This document shows positions 38,501-54,230 of a stretch of 64,000 nt of DNA, in pieces. Both the position numbers and the translations under genes were made by a program. Position 1 is the first letter of the stretch, and every line of letters begins with the position of its first letter. A model generated the notes under the pieces. That model had not been told where the DNA came from. It saw only the letters and a list, made by a program, of their open reading frames with translations, and did not search any database. Origin of the DNA: Eledone cirrhosa (taxonomy: Eukaryota); contig OZ024764.1 of assembly GCA_964016885.1 (NCBI GenBank), forward strand, positions 2,914,001 through 2,978,000, written 5' to 3'.

Positions 38501-41500
38501 AGACATTCTACCCACATGTCTGTAGTATCAGAGCTGTGATCTCTCAATTCAGAGATTCTTTCCTGAGACATTCTAACCACATGTCTGTAGTATCAGAGCT
38601 GTGATCTCTCAATTCAGAGATTCTTTCCTGAGACATTCTAACCACATGTCTGTAGTATCAGAGCTGTGATCTCTCAATTCAGTGATTTTTTTTCCCCCAG
38701 ACATTCTAACCACATGTCTGTAGTGTCAGAGCTGTGGTCTCTCAATCCAGAGATTCTTTCCTGAGACATTCTAACCACATGTCTGTAGTATCAGAGCTGT
38801 GGTCTCTCAATTAAGAGATTCTTTCCTGAGACATTCTACCCACATGTCTGTAGTATCAGAGCTGTGGTCTCTCAATTCAGAGATTCTATCCTGAGACATT
38901 CTAACCCCATGTCTGTAGTATCAGAGCTGTGATCTCTCAATCCAGAGACTCTTTCCTGAGACATTCTAACCACATGTCTGTAGTATCAGAGCTGTGATCT
39001 CTCAATTCAGAGATTCTTTCCTGAGACATTCTAACCACATGTCTGTAGTATCAGAGCTGTGATCTCTCAATTCAGAGATTCTTTCCTGAGACATTCTAAC
39101 CACATGTCTGTAGTATCAGAGCTGTGATCTCTCAATTCAGAGATTCTTTCCTGAGACATTCTAACCACATGTCTGTAGTATCAGAGCTGTGATCTCTCAA
39201 TTCAGTGATTTTTTTTCCCCCAGACATTCTAACCACATGTCTGTAGTGTCAGAGCTGTGGTCTCTCAATCCAGAGATTCTTTCCTGAGACATTCTAACCA
39301 CATGTCTGTAGTATCAGAGCTGTGGTCTCTCAATTAAGAGATTCTTTCCTGAGACATTCTAACCGCATGTCTGTAGTATCAGAGCTGTGGTCTCTCAATT
39401 CAGAGATTCTTTCCCGAGACATTCTAACCGCATGTCTGTAGTATCAGAGCTGTGATCTCTCAATTCAGAGATTCTTTCCTCAGACATTCTAACCACATGT
39501 CTGTAGTATCAGAGCTGTGGTCTCTCAATTCAGAGATTCTTTCCTTAGACATTCTAACCACATGTCTGTAGTATCAGAGCTGTGGTCTCTCAATTCAGAG
39601 ATTCTTTCCTGAGACATTCTAACCACATGTCTGTAGTATCAGAGCTGTGGTCTCTCAATTCAGAGATTCTTTCCCGAGACATTCTAACCACATGTCTGTA
39701 GTATCAGAGCTGTGATCTCTCAATTCAGTGATTTTTTTTTCCCCAGACATTCTAACCACATGTCTGTAGTATCAGAGCTGTGGTCTCTCAATTCAGAGAT
39801 TCTTTCCTGAGACATTCTAACCGCATGTCTGTAGTATCAGAGCTGTGATCTCTCAATTCAGAGATTCTTTCCTGAGACATTCTAACCGCATGTCTGTAGT
39901 ATCAGAGCTGTGGTCTCTCAATTCAGAGATTCTTTCCTGAGACATTCTAACCACATGTCTGTAGTATCAGAGCTGTGGTCTCTCAATTCAGAGATTCTTT
40001 CCTGAGACATTCTAACCACATGTCTGTAGTATCAGAGCTGTGGTCTCTCAATTCAGAGATTCTTTCCTGAGACATTCTAACCACATGTCTGTAGTATCAG
40101 AGCTGTGGTCTCTCAATTCAGAGATTCTTTCCTGAGACATTCTAACCACATGTCTGTAGTATCAGAGCTGTGATCTCTCAATTCAGTGATTTTTTTTTCC
40201 CCAGACATTCTAACCACATGTCTGTAGTATCAGAGCTGTGGTCTCTCAATTCAGAGATTCTTTCCTGAGACATTCTAACCACATGTCTGTAGTATCAGAG
40301 CTGTGGTCTCTCAATTCAGAGATTCTTTCCTGAGACATTCTAACCACATGTCTGTAGTATCAGAGCTGTGGTCTCTCAATTCAGAGATTCTTTCCTGAGA
40401 CATTCTAACCACATGTCTGTAGTATCAGAGCTGTGATCTCTCAATTCAGAGATTCTTTCCTGAGACATTCTAACCACATGTCTGTAGTATCAGAGCTGTG
40501 ATCTCTCAATTCAGAGATTCTTTCCTGAGACATTCTAACCACATGTCTGTAGTATCAGAGCTGTGATCTCTCAATTCAGTGATTTTTTTTTCCCCAGACA
40601 TTCTAACCACATGTCTGTAGTATCAGAGCTGTGGTCTCTCAATTCAGTGATTTTTTTCCCCCCAGACATTCTAACCACATGTCTGTAGTATCAGAGCTGT
40701 GGTCTCTCAATTCAGTGATTTTTTTCCCCCCAGACATTCTAACCACATGTCTGTAGTATCAGAGCTGTGGTCTCTCAATTCAGAGATTCTTTCCTGAGAC
40801 ATTCTAACCGCATGTCTGTAGTATCAGAGCTGTGATCTCTCAATTTAGAGATTCTTTCCTGAGACATTCTAACCACATCTCTGTAGTATCAGAGCTGTGG
40901 TCTCTCAATTCAGAGATTCTTTCCTGAGACATTCTAACCGCATGTCTGTAGTATCAGAGCTGTGATCTCTCAATTCAGAGATTCTTTCCTGAGACATTCT
41001 AACCGCATGTCTGTAGTATCAGAGCTGTGATCTCTCAATTCAGAGATTCTTCCTCAGACATTCTAACCACATGTCTGTAGTATCAGAGCTGTGATCTCTC
41101 AATTCAGAGATTCTTTCCTCAGACATTCTAACCACATGTCTGTAGTATCAGAGCTGTGGTCTCTCAATTCAGAGATTCTTTCCTCAGACATTCTAACCAC
41201 ATATCTGTAGTATCAGAGCTGTGATCTCTCAATTCAGAGATTCTTTCCTCAGACATTCTAACCACATGTCTGTAGTATCAGAGCTGTGATCTCTCAATTC
41301 AGAGATTCTTTCCTGAGACATTCTAACCACATGTCTGTAATATCAGAGCTGTGATCTCTCAATTCAGAGATTCTTTCCTGAGACATTCTAACCACATGTC
41401 TGTAGTATCAGAGCTGTGATCTCTCAATCCAGAGATTCTTTCCTGAGACATTCTAACCACATGTCTGTAGTATCAGAGCTGTGATCTCTCAATTCAGAGA

Positions 41501-41875
41501 TTCTTTCCTCAGACATTCTAACCACATGTCTGTAGTATCAGAGCTGTGATCTCTCAATTCAGAGATTCTTTCCTGGGACATTCTAACCACATGTCTGTAG
41601 TATCAGAGCTGTGATCTCTCAGTTCAAAGAAGTAGTGGCTCTTCCTGGAGTGACTCTCTGATCTCTGAGCTCTGTTGTGTAACGTTACGCTAACGACACT
41701 TCAGAGAAAGCCCATTTCATCCGCTTGTATTCACAATCATATTCTTTCATTCATTATCCAAGATTCATGACCATTGCTAAGGGTTGGCATTAATAGCGAA
41801 TTGAAGATAGCGAGTTTGGCTTTTACACTTAACTCTCATTATTGAACACTGAAGCTAACACATTACTGCAGTTGT
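35535..41875 (-). mobile_element. LINE family B fragment, copy 2, with a ~90-copy 65-bp array (35714-41628)
   Basis: Same flanks as copy 1 (TTCACCCACTTATTCCTGAGAGGGTC on the left; AGAAGTAG...CCGCTTGTATTC...AAGATTCATGACCA on the right). Confidence 0.88.
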
Positions 41876-42021
41876 AAGAAATTCTCGGTAGAGCTGGACA
41901 GCAGAAGGTCTTAGAGGACGCCCCCCCCCCCCTTCTTTATGGCAACTATAATGATACACATTCTCTACATTCTTATTGAGCACTCTATTCCTTTGTAAAC
42001 CCAAACAAAGGTACATATATA

Positions 42022-42365
42022 CATCATCATTTCATCATTTCATTTTACGTCCACTTTTCCCTGCTTGCAAGGGTGGGACGGGAACTGATTCTGGCTTGAT
42101 TTCTACAGCTGGATGCCCTTCCTAACACCAACCCCATTTACAGTGAGTGCTGGGTGCTTTTTTGTCGTGGCACCTCCACGACCACTTTGCAGTGGAATGA
42201 TAGGGACCCCAGTCCCTATCATCTCATTTCTACAGCTGAGTAAACTGGAGCAATGTGAAATAAAGTGTCTTGCTCAAGGAAACAACACATCACCCGGTCT
42301 GAGAATTGAACTCACAACCTTTCGATTGCAAGGTCAATGCTCTAACCACTAAGCCATGTGCCTCC
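42022..42365 (-). mobile_element. Full-length tRNA-derived SINE with RTE 3' tail
   Basis: Reverse complement of 58282-58628. Confidence 0.9.
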
Positions 42366-42499
42366 ATATATACACAGATATATATTAGAACAAAGTGGAG
42401 GTGTTACATAAGAAATTTATTGCTCAATCCTGGTTACAAATTTCTTATGAAACACCTCCCATTTGTTCTTATTATATATACTCTGCCTGGATAGGGAAG

Positions 42500-42901
42500 T
42501 GGATTGGCAGTATCGGTAGAGGGTCGGACACCATGCTTTGACGCATAGAGTTACGGCCCTTGCCATTCTGAGTTCAAATCCCGCCGAGGTCAACTTTGCC
42601 TTTCATCCTTACGGGGGTCGATAAAATAAAGTACCAGTAATGTACTGGAGTAATTGCTGGCCTTGTGCCAAAAGTAGAAACAAATATATATACTCTGCCT
42701 ATATAAGAAACTATAATTGATTGGCAGTATCGGTAGAGGGTCGGACGTCATGCTTTGACGCATCGAGTTACGGCCCTTGCCATTCTGAGTTCAAATCTCG
42801 CCGAGGTTAACTTTGCATTTCATCCTTACGGGGTGGATAAAATAAAGTTACCAGTAATTCACTGGGGTAATTGCTGGCCTTGTGCCTAAAGTAGAAACAA
42901 T
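42500..42901 (+). mobile_element. Two tandem copies of a second SINE family
   Basis: B box GAGTTCAAATC and core GCCTTTCATCCTTACGGGGGTCGATAAAATAAAGTACCAG (resembles the MetaSINE core from memory). Other copies at 46585-47015, 49910-50025 and 55160-55345 (-). Confidence 0.8.
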
Positions 42902-42957
42902 TGTATACACTCTGCTCTGCATTGAGGGCCGACTTTGGTACCCTGAACCTTCTAAAT

Positions 42958-43068
<111 letters not shown>

Positions 43069-43321
43069 TACACACGGTATGTTTTTCACAGCTTATATTA
43101 GAACCCTATTTGTTTATTCATCTTGTACTTGTTTATATATAAATATTTTGCCAAAAAAAAAAAAAAAAATGTATATATATATTGCTATGTGAAATATATG
43201 CAGTTAAATGTATCCTGTGAAAACTGTGCAGTTTTATATATATATACCCCATGAAATACATGCAGTAAAATGAGTCCTTTGTAAAATTTGTTATTAAATG
43301 TGTTTTGTGGAATATATGCAG

Positions 43322-43357
<36 letters not shown>

Positions 43358-43359
43358 AA

Positions 43360-43418
43360 ATAAGTAGCACTCAACAGTTTATAGGACTCCAGTTCTATAA
43401 ACTGTTGAGTGCTACTTA
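43360..43418. repeat. Hairpin with a 25-bp perfect stem
   Basis: ATAAGTAGCACTCAACAGTTTATAG ... CTATAAACTGTTGAGTGCTACTTAT. Confidence 0.88.
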
Positions 43419-43464
43419 TCCGATATTTGCATTGCTTTATTGTGCTACAATAAAACTCACCTCC

Positions 43465-43534
<70 letters not shown>

Positions 43535-43545
<11 letters not shown>

Positions 43546-43746
43546 ATAGCTTTCACTGTATTTTTGACTAAAGGAACTTTAGCTTGATAACGGGGTTTAG
43601 AACCCTCAGATAAATGGAAAAAGATGAGTATTGATGTACATGTATGTCAATACTCATCTTTTTCCATTTATCTGAGGGTTCTAAACCCCATTATCAAGCT
43701 AAAGTTCCTTTAGTCAAAAATACGGTGAAAGCTATATATTTTTTAA
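43535..43746. repeat. Spacerless palindrome, ~105-bp arms, centre 43640/43641
   Basis: ...AAAGATGAGTATTGATGTACA|TGTATGTCAATACTCATCTTT... Confidence 0.92.
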
Positions 43747-43856
43747 TTTCAACCTCGCTCACTGTTTCAAAACATACTTACTTATATATATATATATATA
43801 TATATGATCTGTAAAATTTGTAATTGTATGTCTTGTGGAATATCTGCAGTCACCAC

Positions 43857-43890
<34 letters not shown>

Positions 43891-44744
43891 GTATATATAT
43901 ATCTGCAATTTATTTAGACCTGTATATCTGCGAAAATATTTTGAGTTAAATATATATTCTGTGATATAACTGGGTGTCTATGTAGTTTTAAATTGATTCC
44001 ATTTGTCTGTGTATATGTATATCTATTTATCCATCCATCTATTGATCTATATATCATTTGACCCCTCTTTTGTGCCCCTGTGGCTAATAAAGAAACATAT
44101 ATATATAAAGATATATCTCTATCAATCTATATATAAGCTATCTTTCTGTCTGTCTATCTATCTACCTATCTTTTCATCTACCTCTCTATCTCTCTACGTA
44201 TCTATCCATCTACCTACCCCTCTATATCTATATATCTATCTATCTATCTGACCCCTTCTTCCCTCCCCTTCGGTCTCCATTAGTATAGAGCACAGTTTAG
44301 TAATACTATTCAGTTAGCCTCTTCTAGGTTTCAAGTTCAAACCCCATATAGGTTTGTTTTGACTTTTATCCTTCCTTGTATTGGTTGTGTGTGGGTGTGA
44401 GGTTGGGTTAATCTACATTAACCTTTAGGTGGCTGAATTGTTTTTATGAATTACCTCCCTTGACACTGTATTATCTATTCAGGGGAGATTTCTCTGTCGC
44501 CAGGGTTAACTCTGCTTGTTCCTATCACTCCCCTCAACAAATTAGGGGGCCTTTTTGTTTTTCTCCTCCCTGTCCCCTGTGGTGATATTTAACGTTTTAT
44601 TTCTGTTTAGTTATATGTTTTGTTTTCTTTGGGTTCGAATCCCACCATGGGTCGTTGGCCCTTCTTTTATCTGCGAGAGGGGGGTGTTGACATGTCAGTA
44701 GAATACACTGCCAGGTATTGAGTATTTTCAACTGTTTGTAAATT

Positions 44745-46490
<1,746 letters not shown>

Positions 46491-46584
46491 TGTGTTTTTG
46501 TATTTGTTGTTGCAAGATGTGTGTTCAATTCTGCTGCCAATAAAAACACAAACACTTCAGTTTTTATGATTAGTTAGTACAGTG

Positions 46585-47015
46585 GATTGTTGGTAATGGG
46601 TAGAGCATCGCAGAATGTGCTTTATGTCATATAGTTACAGCTCTCTACGTTCTGAGTTTAAATCCTGCCAAGGTTAGCCTTGCCTTTCAAGAAAATAAAG
46701 TACCAGTAATACACTGGGGTAATTGCTGGCCTTGTGCCAATAGTAGGAACAATTATTTCATTACTGATTCTGAGTTCAAATCCCGCCGAGGTTAACTTTG
46801 CCTTTCATCCTTACGGGGGTCGATAAAATAAAGTACCAGTAATACACTGGGGTAATTGCTGGCCTTGTGCCAAAAGTAGAATCAATTATATTACTGATTC
46901 TGAGTTCAAATCCCGCCGAGGTTAACTTTGCCTTTCATCCTTACGGGGGTCGATAAAATAAAGTACCAGTAATACACTGGGGTAATGGCTGGCCTTGTGC
47001 CAAAAGTAGAATCAA
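46585..47015 (+). mobile_element. Second SINE family with its 3' portion tandemly triplicated (~125-130 bp)
   Basis: TTCTGAGTTCAAATCCCGCCGAGG...GGCCTTGTGCCAAAAGTAG occurs three times. Confidence 0.8.
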
Positions 47016-47443
47016 TTATTAGTCAAGTAACTACGGCTGTTGATTGGTGAAATCGGTAGAGCGTTGGACAAAGTGCTTTGCCGTATTTGTGAGGAGTGTT
47101 TGTGTTCTTTCTGAGGTCGAATTCCACCAAGGTCAGTTTTACTGGCACTTTATTTTATCATACCTGTAAACATGCTAACTATGGCGGGATTTGAACTCAA
47201 TATGTAAAGGGATATTACTATATGACACAAAACATATTGTCTGATGCTCTACTGATTCTGCTTATCCTCTGTCTACTAGTAATAGGTGAACTGAAACTCA
47301 ACTGGTGTGTGTGTGTTTTTATGGACAGCATGACTTTCACAAAGTATATATATATACATACACAGCAGACATATATATATATATATATATGTGTGTGTAT
47401 ATAAAGGAATTGTATATATATATATGTGTGTATATAAAGGAAT

Positions 47444-47498
<55 letters not shown>

Positions 47499-47628
47499 AT
47501 AAAGGAATTGTATATATATGTATATAAATATATATATATATATATAAGGTTTATAAAAACATCAAAGAATGTATTTTTATAGATGGCATGACCTTCACAA
47601 AGTATATATACATACATATATATATATA

Positions 47629-47659
<31 letters not shown>

Positions 47660-48031
47660 GGGTTATAAAAAACACCAAAGAAACAATGTATTTTTATAGA
47701 CAGCATGACCTTCACAAAGTATATATACACACATACAAACACATATATATATATATGTGTGTGTGTGTATATAAAGGAAGTATATATATCAGGTTTATAA
47801 AAAACACGAGAGTCAATATGTTTTAAACTAACATGTTTCCCACCCCGAAGCTGTATAGTTACATAATTAGAAATTTTAAAATTCTTTAAAAAAATTTCTT
47901 TTGCAAATATATTGACTGTTTGGTGCTTTTTATAAACTTTATACATTAGCTAAGGGTGAACCCCTTTGCTTTGAGCTTGGAACCCTTGGGTACAGTTCAC
48001 CCCCAATTATAACGGTACTGTTATTACTATC

Positions 48032-48073
<42 letters not shown>

Positions 48074-48768
48074 ATGATATATATGTATATATATATAAAT
48101 ATATATATAGATATATATTTTGATCTCTATTAATGGACTTTGTTTTCAAAAAATGACATATAAAGAAAAAAAGTGAAACTGGAAGTTGGTGACTAAGCAT
48201 GTTTTTATTTCCTCCTTGTGGACATTTCTTTCAAATCCCTCATTTGTATATATTTGACCGTTTTGTTACCATATTTCCAATGAAAAACACTGCCAATTTT
48301 TTTCGAATAATTTCGAAAATAATGAAGATGCTTTTTTTTTTTGTTTGAAGGGACTCGTGTAAAAATGTAACAAACTTTTTTCTCTCTCCTATTTTATTAA
48401 CTCTTAACATCCTGAATTGATTCAGCAGAAAATATCTTTAAAAAAATATGGGGTTTGGTTGATATAATGCAGTGAAAGTGCTGTGTTGTACTTTTCTGTT
48501 ATTTGTCAAGAAAGTCTTGCCGATGTGTTTTCATGTGGAACAGGATGTTGAGAGTTAAGTTGTTTTTTTTTGGAACATAGCTTAACAAAATATAATGACT
48601 ATGAATATGTTGAAATTATCAGCCTTGTATTGTATATAGAACCAGGGGGTGATTTCAAAAGGGTTTCAGCCCTTTTGGTCACGTAAAAACAACAAACATA
48701 TTGCGATCCCCACCCACCCTCTGAAAAAAGGTATTCCATTGTATTTGTTGTTAGTCCTATTATGATTG

Positions 48769-48820
<52 letters not shown>

Positions 48821-49095
48821 ATCGTGTGTTGTACATATGATCATACAATACACCAAGAATCAAATAGACTTCTGTTTTTTTATTGTTTTTGTTCTTTAAA
48901 TTCCTAATGCATTTTTTTAATATATACATTATATCATTATATCAATGCACATGTGTGTGTATATATATATATATATGTACATAGTAAAACAACCTAGTTC
49001 TAAGATACAAGTTGACTACAAATTGTTTCATGTAGTTACAATAGTTATACATACATAAACACTATATATATATATATATATACACACATAAATAC

Positions 49096-49133
<38 letters not shown>

Positions 49134-49547
49134 AGTCGTTTGGAAGCCTCGACAATGCAAATGGGTAAATCTCCGGGTAACAAGGTCCGGTGGTGGAGAG
49201 AGAGATGTAAGTGGGTGTATGTTGAGATGCGTGGTGTGTATAAGATGTGTGAGATGTGTAGAATGAAGGGAAGAGTATATATATATGTGCCAGCCAAACA
49301 ACAACTCTTCTCCAATCGTTCTTTGAACAGCTACACACAGGTCCTCTCTTGACAAAGGGCTTTTGAGCCCGAAAATATTTGAGATAAATAAATGTGCTAA
49401 GGTAAAATTCTATCGTCCTCATTCTTTCCTCTATAACTCCTATTACCTTAGCACTTTTAACATTGTATGCATTGTAGGGCTTTCAAATATTTAAATTTAT
49501 CTAAATTTGTATTTCCTATTTCACAATGCTTCAAGCAAACTACAACA

Positions 49548-49629
<82 letters not shown>

Positions 49630-51075
49630 TATACATATACACACACACACATATATATATATATACCAAGATATTAAATAAATGGAAACTATATTTATAA
49701 AATCATATTTATTTTATTATATATATTTCAAGGGCAACCAAGGTTTACCTTGGTGCGCTTTCATCAGATAAAATACAAAGTGTGTTTTATAAATAAAGAC
49801 ATATATATATATATATATATATATATTCATATTCATATACATACACACACATATATATATATAATATATATATATACATACATACATATATACATCATTA
49901 TGTAATATGGTCTGAGTTCAAATCCCGCCGAGGTTAACTTTGCCTTTCATCCTTACGGGGTCGATAAAATAAAGTACCAGTAATGCACTGGGATAATTGC
50001 TGGCCTTGTGCCAAAAGTAGAAATAATTATGTAATATTTAGAAGGAAAAAAAATCATGTGAGAGGCGATATATATGGTTAAGCCATGTTTTATATCTTGG
50101 TGTCTTTCGAAATCCTAGCAACATCCTAACATTGTTTATCTTTGAAAGTTTGGTTAAGAACTGAAAATGTAGGCATATATGTGGGTTAATGTATGTTTGT
50201 ATGTTTGTATGTAGATATGTAGATATGTAGATACGAATTGCTGTTTCTTTTTGCTTTAGGGGTCATCTGTATGTTTGTGGGTTGTGGTTTGCGTACGATT
50301 TATAGACTCTGCATATGTACATCTGTGTCTGCCTGTGTTGGTTATGCGTATATACACATGTGCGTGCGTGTTTGTGTGTACATGTGTGTATATATGTATG
50401 AGCAAGACAACCACTCTTGCCTCAAGTGGGAAAAAAACTCCCGTCCAAACCCGTGCAAGGGTGGAATATGGACGTTAAACGAAGATGATGAAGATGATGA
50501 TGATGATGGTGATGAATTCCAGTGTGATTTTTTTTTTTTTTTTGGCTGTCTTTGTGTGTTTGAGTGTTGTGGTGTAAGAACATTTCATGTGTTCTACATA
50601 TGTACTACGCTGAATGTGTGTGTGTGCTCGCATGGGTTATGCATTTATACGTGTGCGTTTGTGTGTGCGTGTGTTTTTTTTCTCTTCATTTTCGGATAGA
50701 GAAGCCATTCCACAACGGAGAAGATTTTTTTCATGGTGCCAAGAAGTTCCGAGAAACCAAAATTATTAAAGGTAAGTAAAATATATATATATGTATATTT
50801 ATATGTATATATATATATATATACACATACACACGCTCACACACACTCATATATATGTATAAATATATATATATGTGTGTATATATATATATTTATATAT
50901 ATATATATATATAACATATAACATATGTATCTGTATATATGTGTATATGCACATATATATATATGTATGTATATATGTATACATATGGGTATATATATAT
51001 GTATGTATACATATATATATGTAATATATATATATATATACATGTATATATACATACATGTATATATATATATAT

Positions 51076-51169
<94 letters not shown>

Positions 51170-51321
51170 ATATATATATATATATATACATGTGTATATA
51201 TATGTATATACATATATATATATATAAATATATACACGTGTATACATATATATACATACCTGTATATATATATACATGTATACATATATATATACATACA
51301 TATATATATATACATGTATAC

Positions 51322-51388
<67 letters not shown>

Positions 51389-51669
51389 TGTATACATATA
51401 TATACATATATATATACATGTATACATATATATATATATATATACATGTATACATATATATAAATATATATATACATGTATACATATATATATATATATA
51501 TACATACATATATATATATACATGTATACATATATATATATATGTATTTATATATTTGAAAAGCTATTAAATCATATTTTTGAAAAATTATATTTTCTAT
51601 TAGAATTATTATTTTTTCAAAATTAAAAGAATTTTTTTTTCTTTTTCGATGTTTAAAATTGTTCTTTAA

Positions 51670-51964
51670 CCCTTTTGGTACCTTACCAAACCACCTGAAA
51701 CTGTCCCTCTCCTTCGTACCTGCCCTGGTTCTATCATACAAGACACCTGTTCACCTGTTTTATTGTAAAGTGTTTATATTTATCTAAAAATCATAATTTT
51801 TAACTTAAGAACCTTTGTTAAGTTATGTTCCAAACACCAGATAATTTACAACAAGAAAGTTAGTTATATTACTAAATCCCCTCAGAAAATTGTTGATCAT
51901 TATTGAAATCATTTGAAACTGACAGGGGTCAGCGTCTTTCATTAGAAATATGGTAACGAAAGGG
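51670..51964. mobile_element. piggyBac-like TTAA MITE
   Basis: TTAA-CCCTTTTGGTACC ... GGTAACGAAAGGG-TTAA (11/13 TIR match). Confidence 0.75.
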
Positions 51965-52553
51965 TTAATTTACAATTTTGTTTTTGTTGTTTTTTTCGTT
52001 TGGCTGTTGTTGATTTTCAAAAAAAATATTTAAATATTTGTGTTTCTATATTTTACTGTATCTTGTTTTCATCTTTGTATTATTAAATTCTGCGTGATTG
52101 TTGATGATGATGATAATAATAATAATGATAATGATAATAATGATAATGATAATAATGATTTGTATAATAACATTTGTGCGAGATCTGTATTTTTTTCTCT
52201 GTGTCTCTCGAACGCTACGCTGTGTCAGGACATTTCTAGAAGTTATGGAGGCTTAGAAGCCCTAGAAACTAGAAGAAAATGTGGGGAATGGTGGTGGTGG
52301 GCCGCATATAGTGAAACTGTGTCTAAAATGTTTTCATTCATGTCAGAAAGCAACATTCTGGCAGTGCTGTTATCTACCTCTCTTTCTCCTTTTCTCTCTA
52401 TCTACTTTCTTTTGTGTGTATATCTGTATTATATACACACACAAATAAATATACATATATCTATACATCTACACATGACAGTTGATTGACTTTCGTCAAA
52501 TCGGACCGAGGAAACAATGTTTCCATTGGTCTTTCAAATTGCTAATACTATCT

Positions 52554-52677
52554 ATCGGTCGCAACTCCAGGTAGAAGGAGAAACGTGAAATAAAGTGTCT
52601 TGTCCAAGGACATAACCCATGACCCTTGGGCAAGACACTTTATTTCACGTTGCTCCTTCTACCTGGAGTTGCGACCG

Positions 52678-52679
<2 letters not shown>
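52554..52679. repeat. Fold-back (~55-bp arms) containing the SINE core
   Basis: ATCGGTCGCAACTCCAGGTAGAAGGAG...AAAGTGTCTTG / CAAGACACTTT...CTCCTTCTACCTGGAGTTGCGACCGAT. Confidence 0.88.
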
Positions 52680-52719
<40 letters not shown>

Positions 52720-52809
52720 GCATGGATATATATTCATATATATGTGGTGTGTGTATATATGTATATATAAATATATAAATATTTAAACACACATATATAT
52801 CCTGCAAAC

Positions 52810-53601
52810 AAAAGGTTGGCTATACGATGCCTGTGTGAGATGCGCGATGCTGCATGGTAGTGAGACATGGGCAGCAACTGCAGAGGATATGCAACAGCTG
52901 GAGAGAAATGAAGCAAGCATGCTCCGTTGGATGTGCAGTGTAAATGTGCGTGAACGACCAAGTATGAGTTGAGAGAGAAACTGTGTATAAGAGGGATAAG
53001 TTATGGTGTGTGGGAGAGAAGACTGAGATGGTATGGACATGTGATGTGTTGAGAGAGAAACTGTGGATAAGAGGGATAAGTTGTGGTGTGTGGGAGAGAA
53101 GACTGAGATGGTATGGACATGTGATGTGTTGAGAGAGAAACTGTGTATAAGAGGGATAAGTTGTAGTGTGTGGGAGAGAAGACTGAGATGGTATGGACAT
53201 GTGGTGTGTTGAGAGAGAAGCTGGGTATAAGAGGGATAAGTTGTGGTGTGTAGGAGAGAAGACTGAGATGGTATGGACATGTGATGTGTTGAGAGAGAAA
53301 CTGGGTATAAGAGGGATAAACTGTAGTGTGTGGGAGAGAAGACTGAGATGGTATGGACATGTGATGTGCATGGAGGATGACCACTGGGTAAAGAAGTGCC
53401 AAGAAATCTCAGTGGAAGGAAGACGCAGTAGAGGTAGACCACGACAAACATGGGCGGAGGTGGTGGAGAGCTGACGTTAGATCACTGAAGCTCACAGAAG
53501 AGATGACGTAGGACAGTGACAAATAGAGAGAGATGCTGTGCTGAATAGGACCCGTCCCATCCTTGCAAGCAGGGAAAAGCAGACGGTAAAATGATGATGA
53601 T
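52810..53601 (+). mobile_element. RTE LINE family A 3' fragment with 5 tandem copies of the 80-bp unit (~52968-53368)
   Basis: YDACVRCAMLHGSETW, five RRLRWYGHV units, GRRSRGRPRQTW, (GAT)n tail. Confidence 0.9.
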
Positions 53602-53890
53602 ATATGTATATAGCAACAGCAGTGGAGTTATCTGAGGAGGTCCCTATACACTCAATGATCCGAGAAATGGATTAATTCCCTCCATCAAGGAGACTCTTCA
53701 AAATATTCGAAGGGAAACGCCATGAGAAATATAGACTGGATAGATGTCAGCTATAATGTATAACAGCCAGAACTCTGCTCCCTGCTCCCAGGACCTTCCC
53801 AGGAATAAGTGGCAAAAGATATATAAGATGAAGCAAAAGATATATACATACTATTTGGTTGCATCTCAGTTTCAAGAATTGCCATTCCAT

Positions 53891-54230
53891 GGAGGCACAT
53901 GGCTTAGTGGTTAGAGCATTGGCCTTGCAATCGAAAGGTTGTGAGTTCAATTCTCAAACCGGGTGATGTGTTGTTTCCTTGAGCAAGACACTTTATTTCA
54001 CATTGCTCCAGTTTACTCAGCTGTAGAAATGAGATGATAGGGACTGGGGTCCCTATCATTCCACTGCAAAGTGGACGTGGAGGTGCCACGGCAAAAAAGC
54101 ACCCAGCACTCACTGTAAATGAGGTTGGTGTTAGGAAGGGCATCCAGCTGTAGAAATCAAGCCAGAATCAGTTCCCGTCCCACCTTTGCAAGCAGGGAAA
54201 AAGCGGACGTAAAATAAAATGAAATGATGA
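53891..54230 (+). mobile_element. Full-length tRNA-derived SINE
   Basis: Same family as 58282-58628. Confidence 0.9.

Noticed and set aside
5674-41628. CRISPR-like appearance of the regular arrays
   Set aside because: Units are head-to-tail with no unique spacers, there are no cas genes, and the context is a eukaryotic intron.
52230-52380. Possible exon after TGTCAG
   Set aside because: No convincing donor and no recognisable homology.
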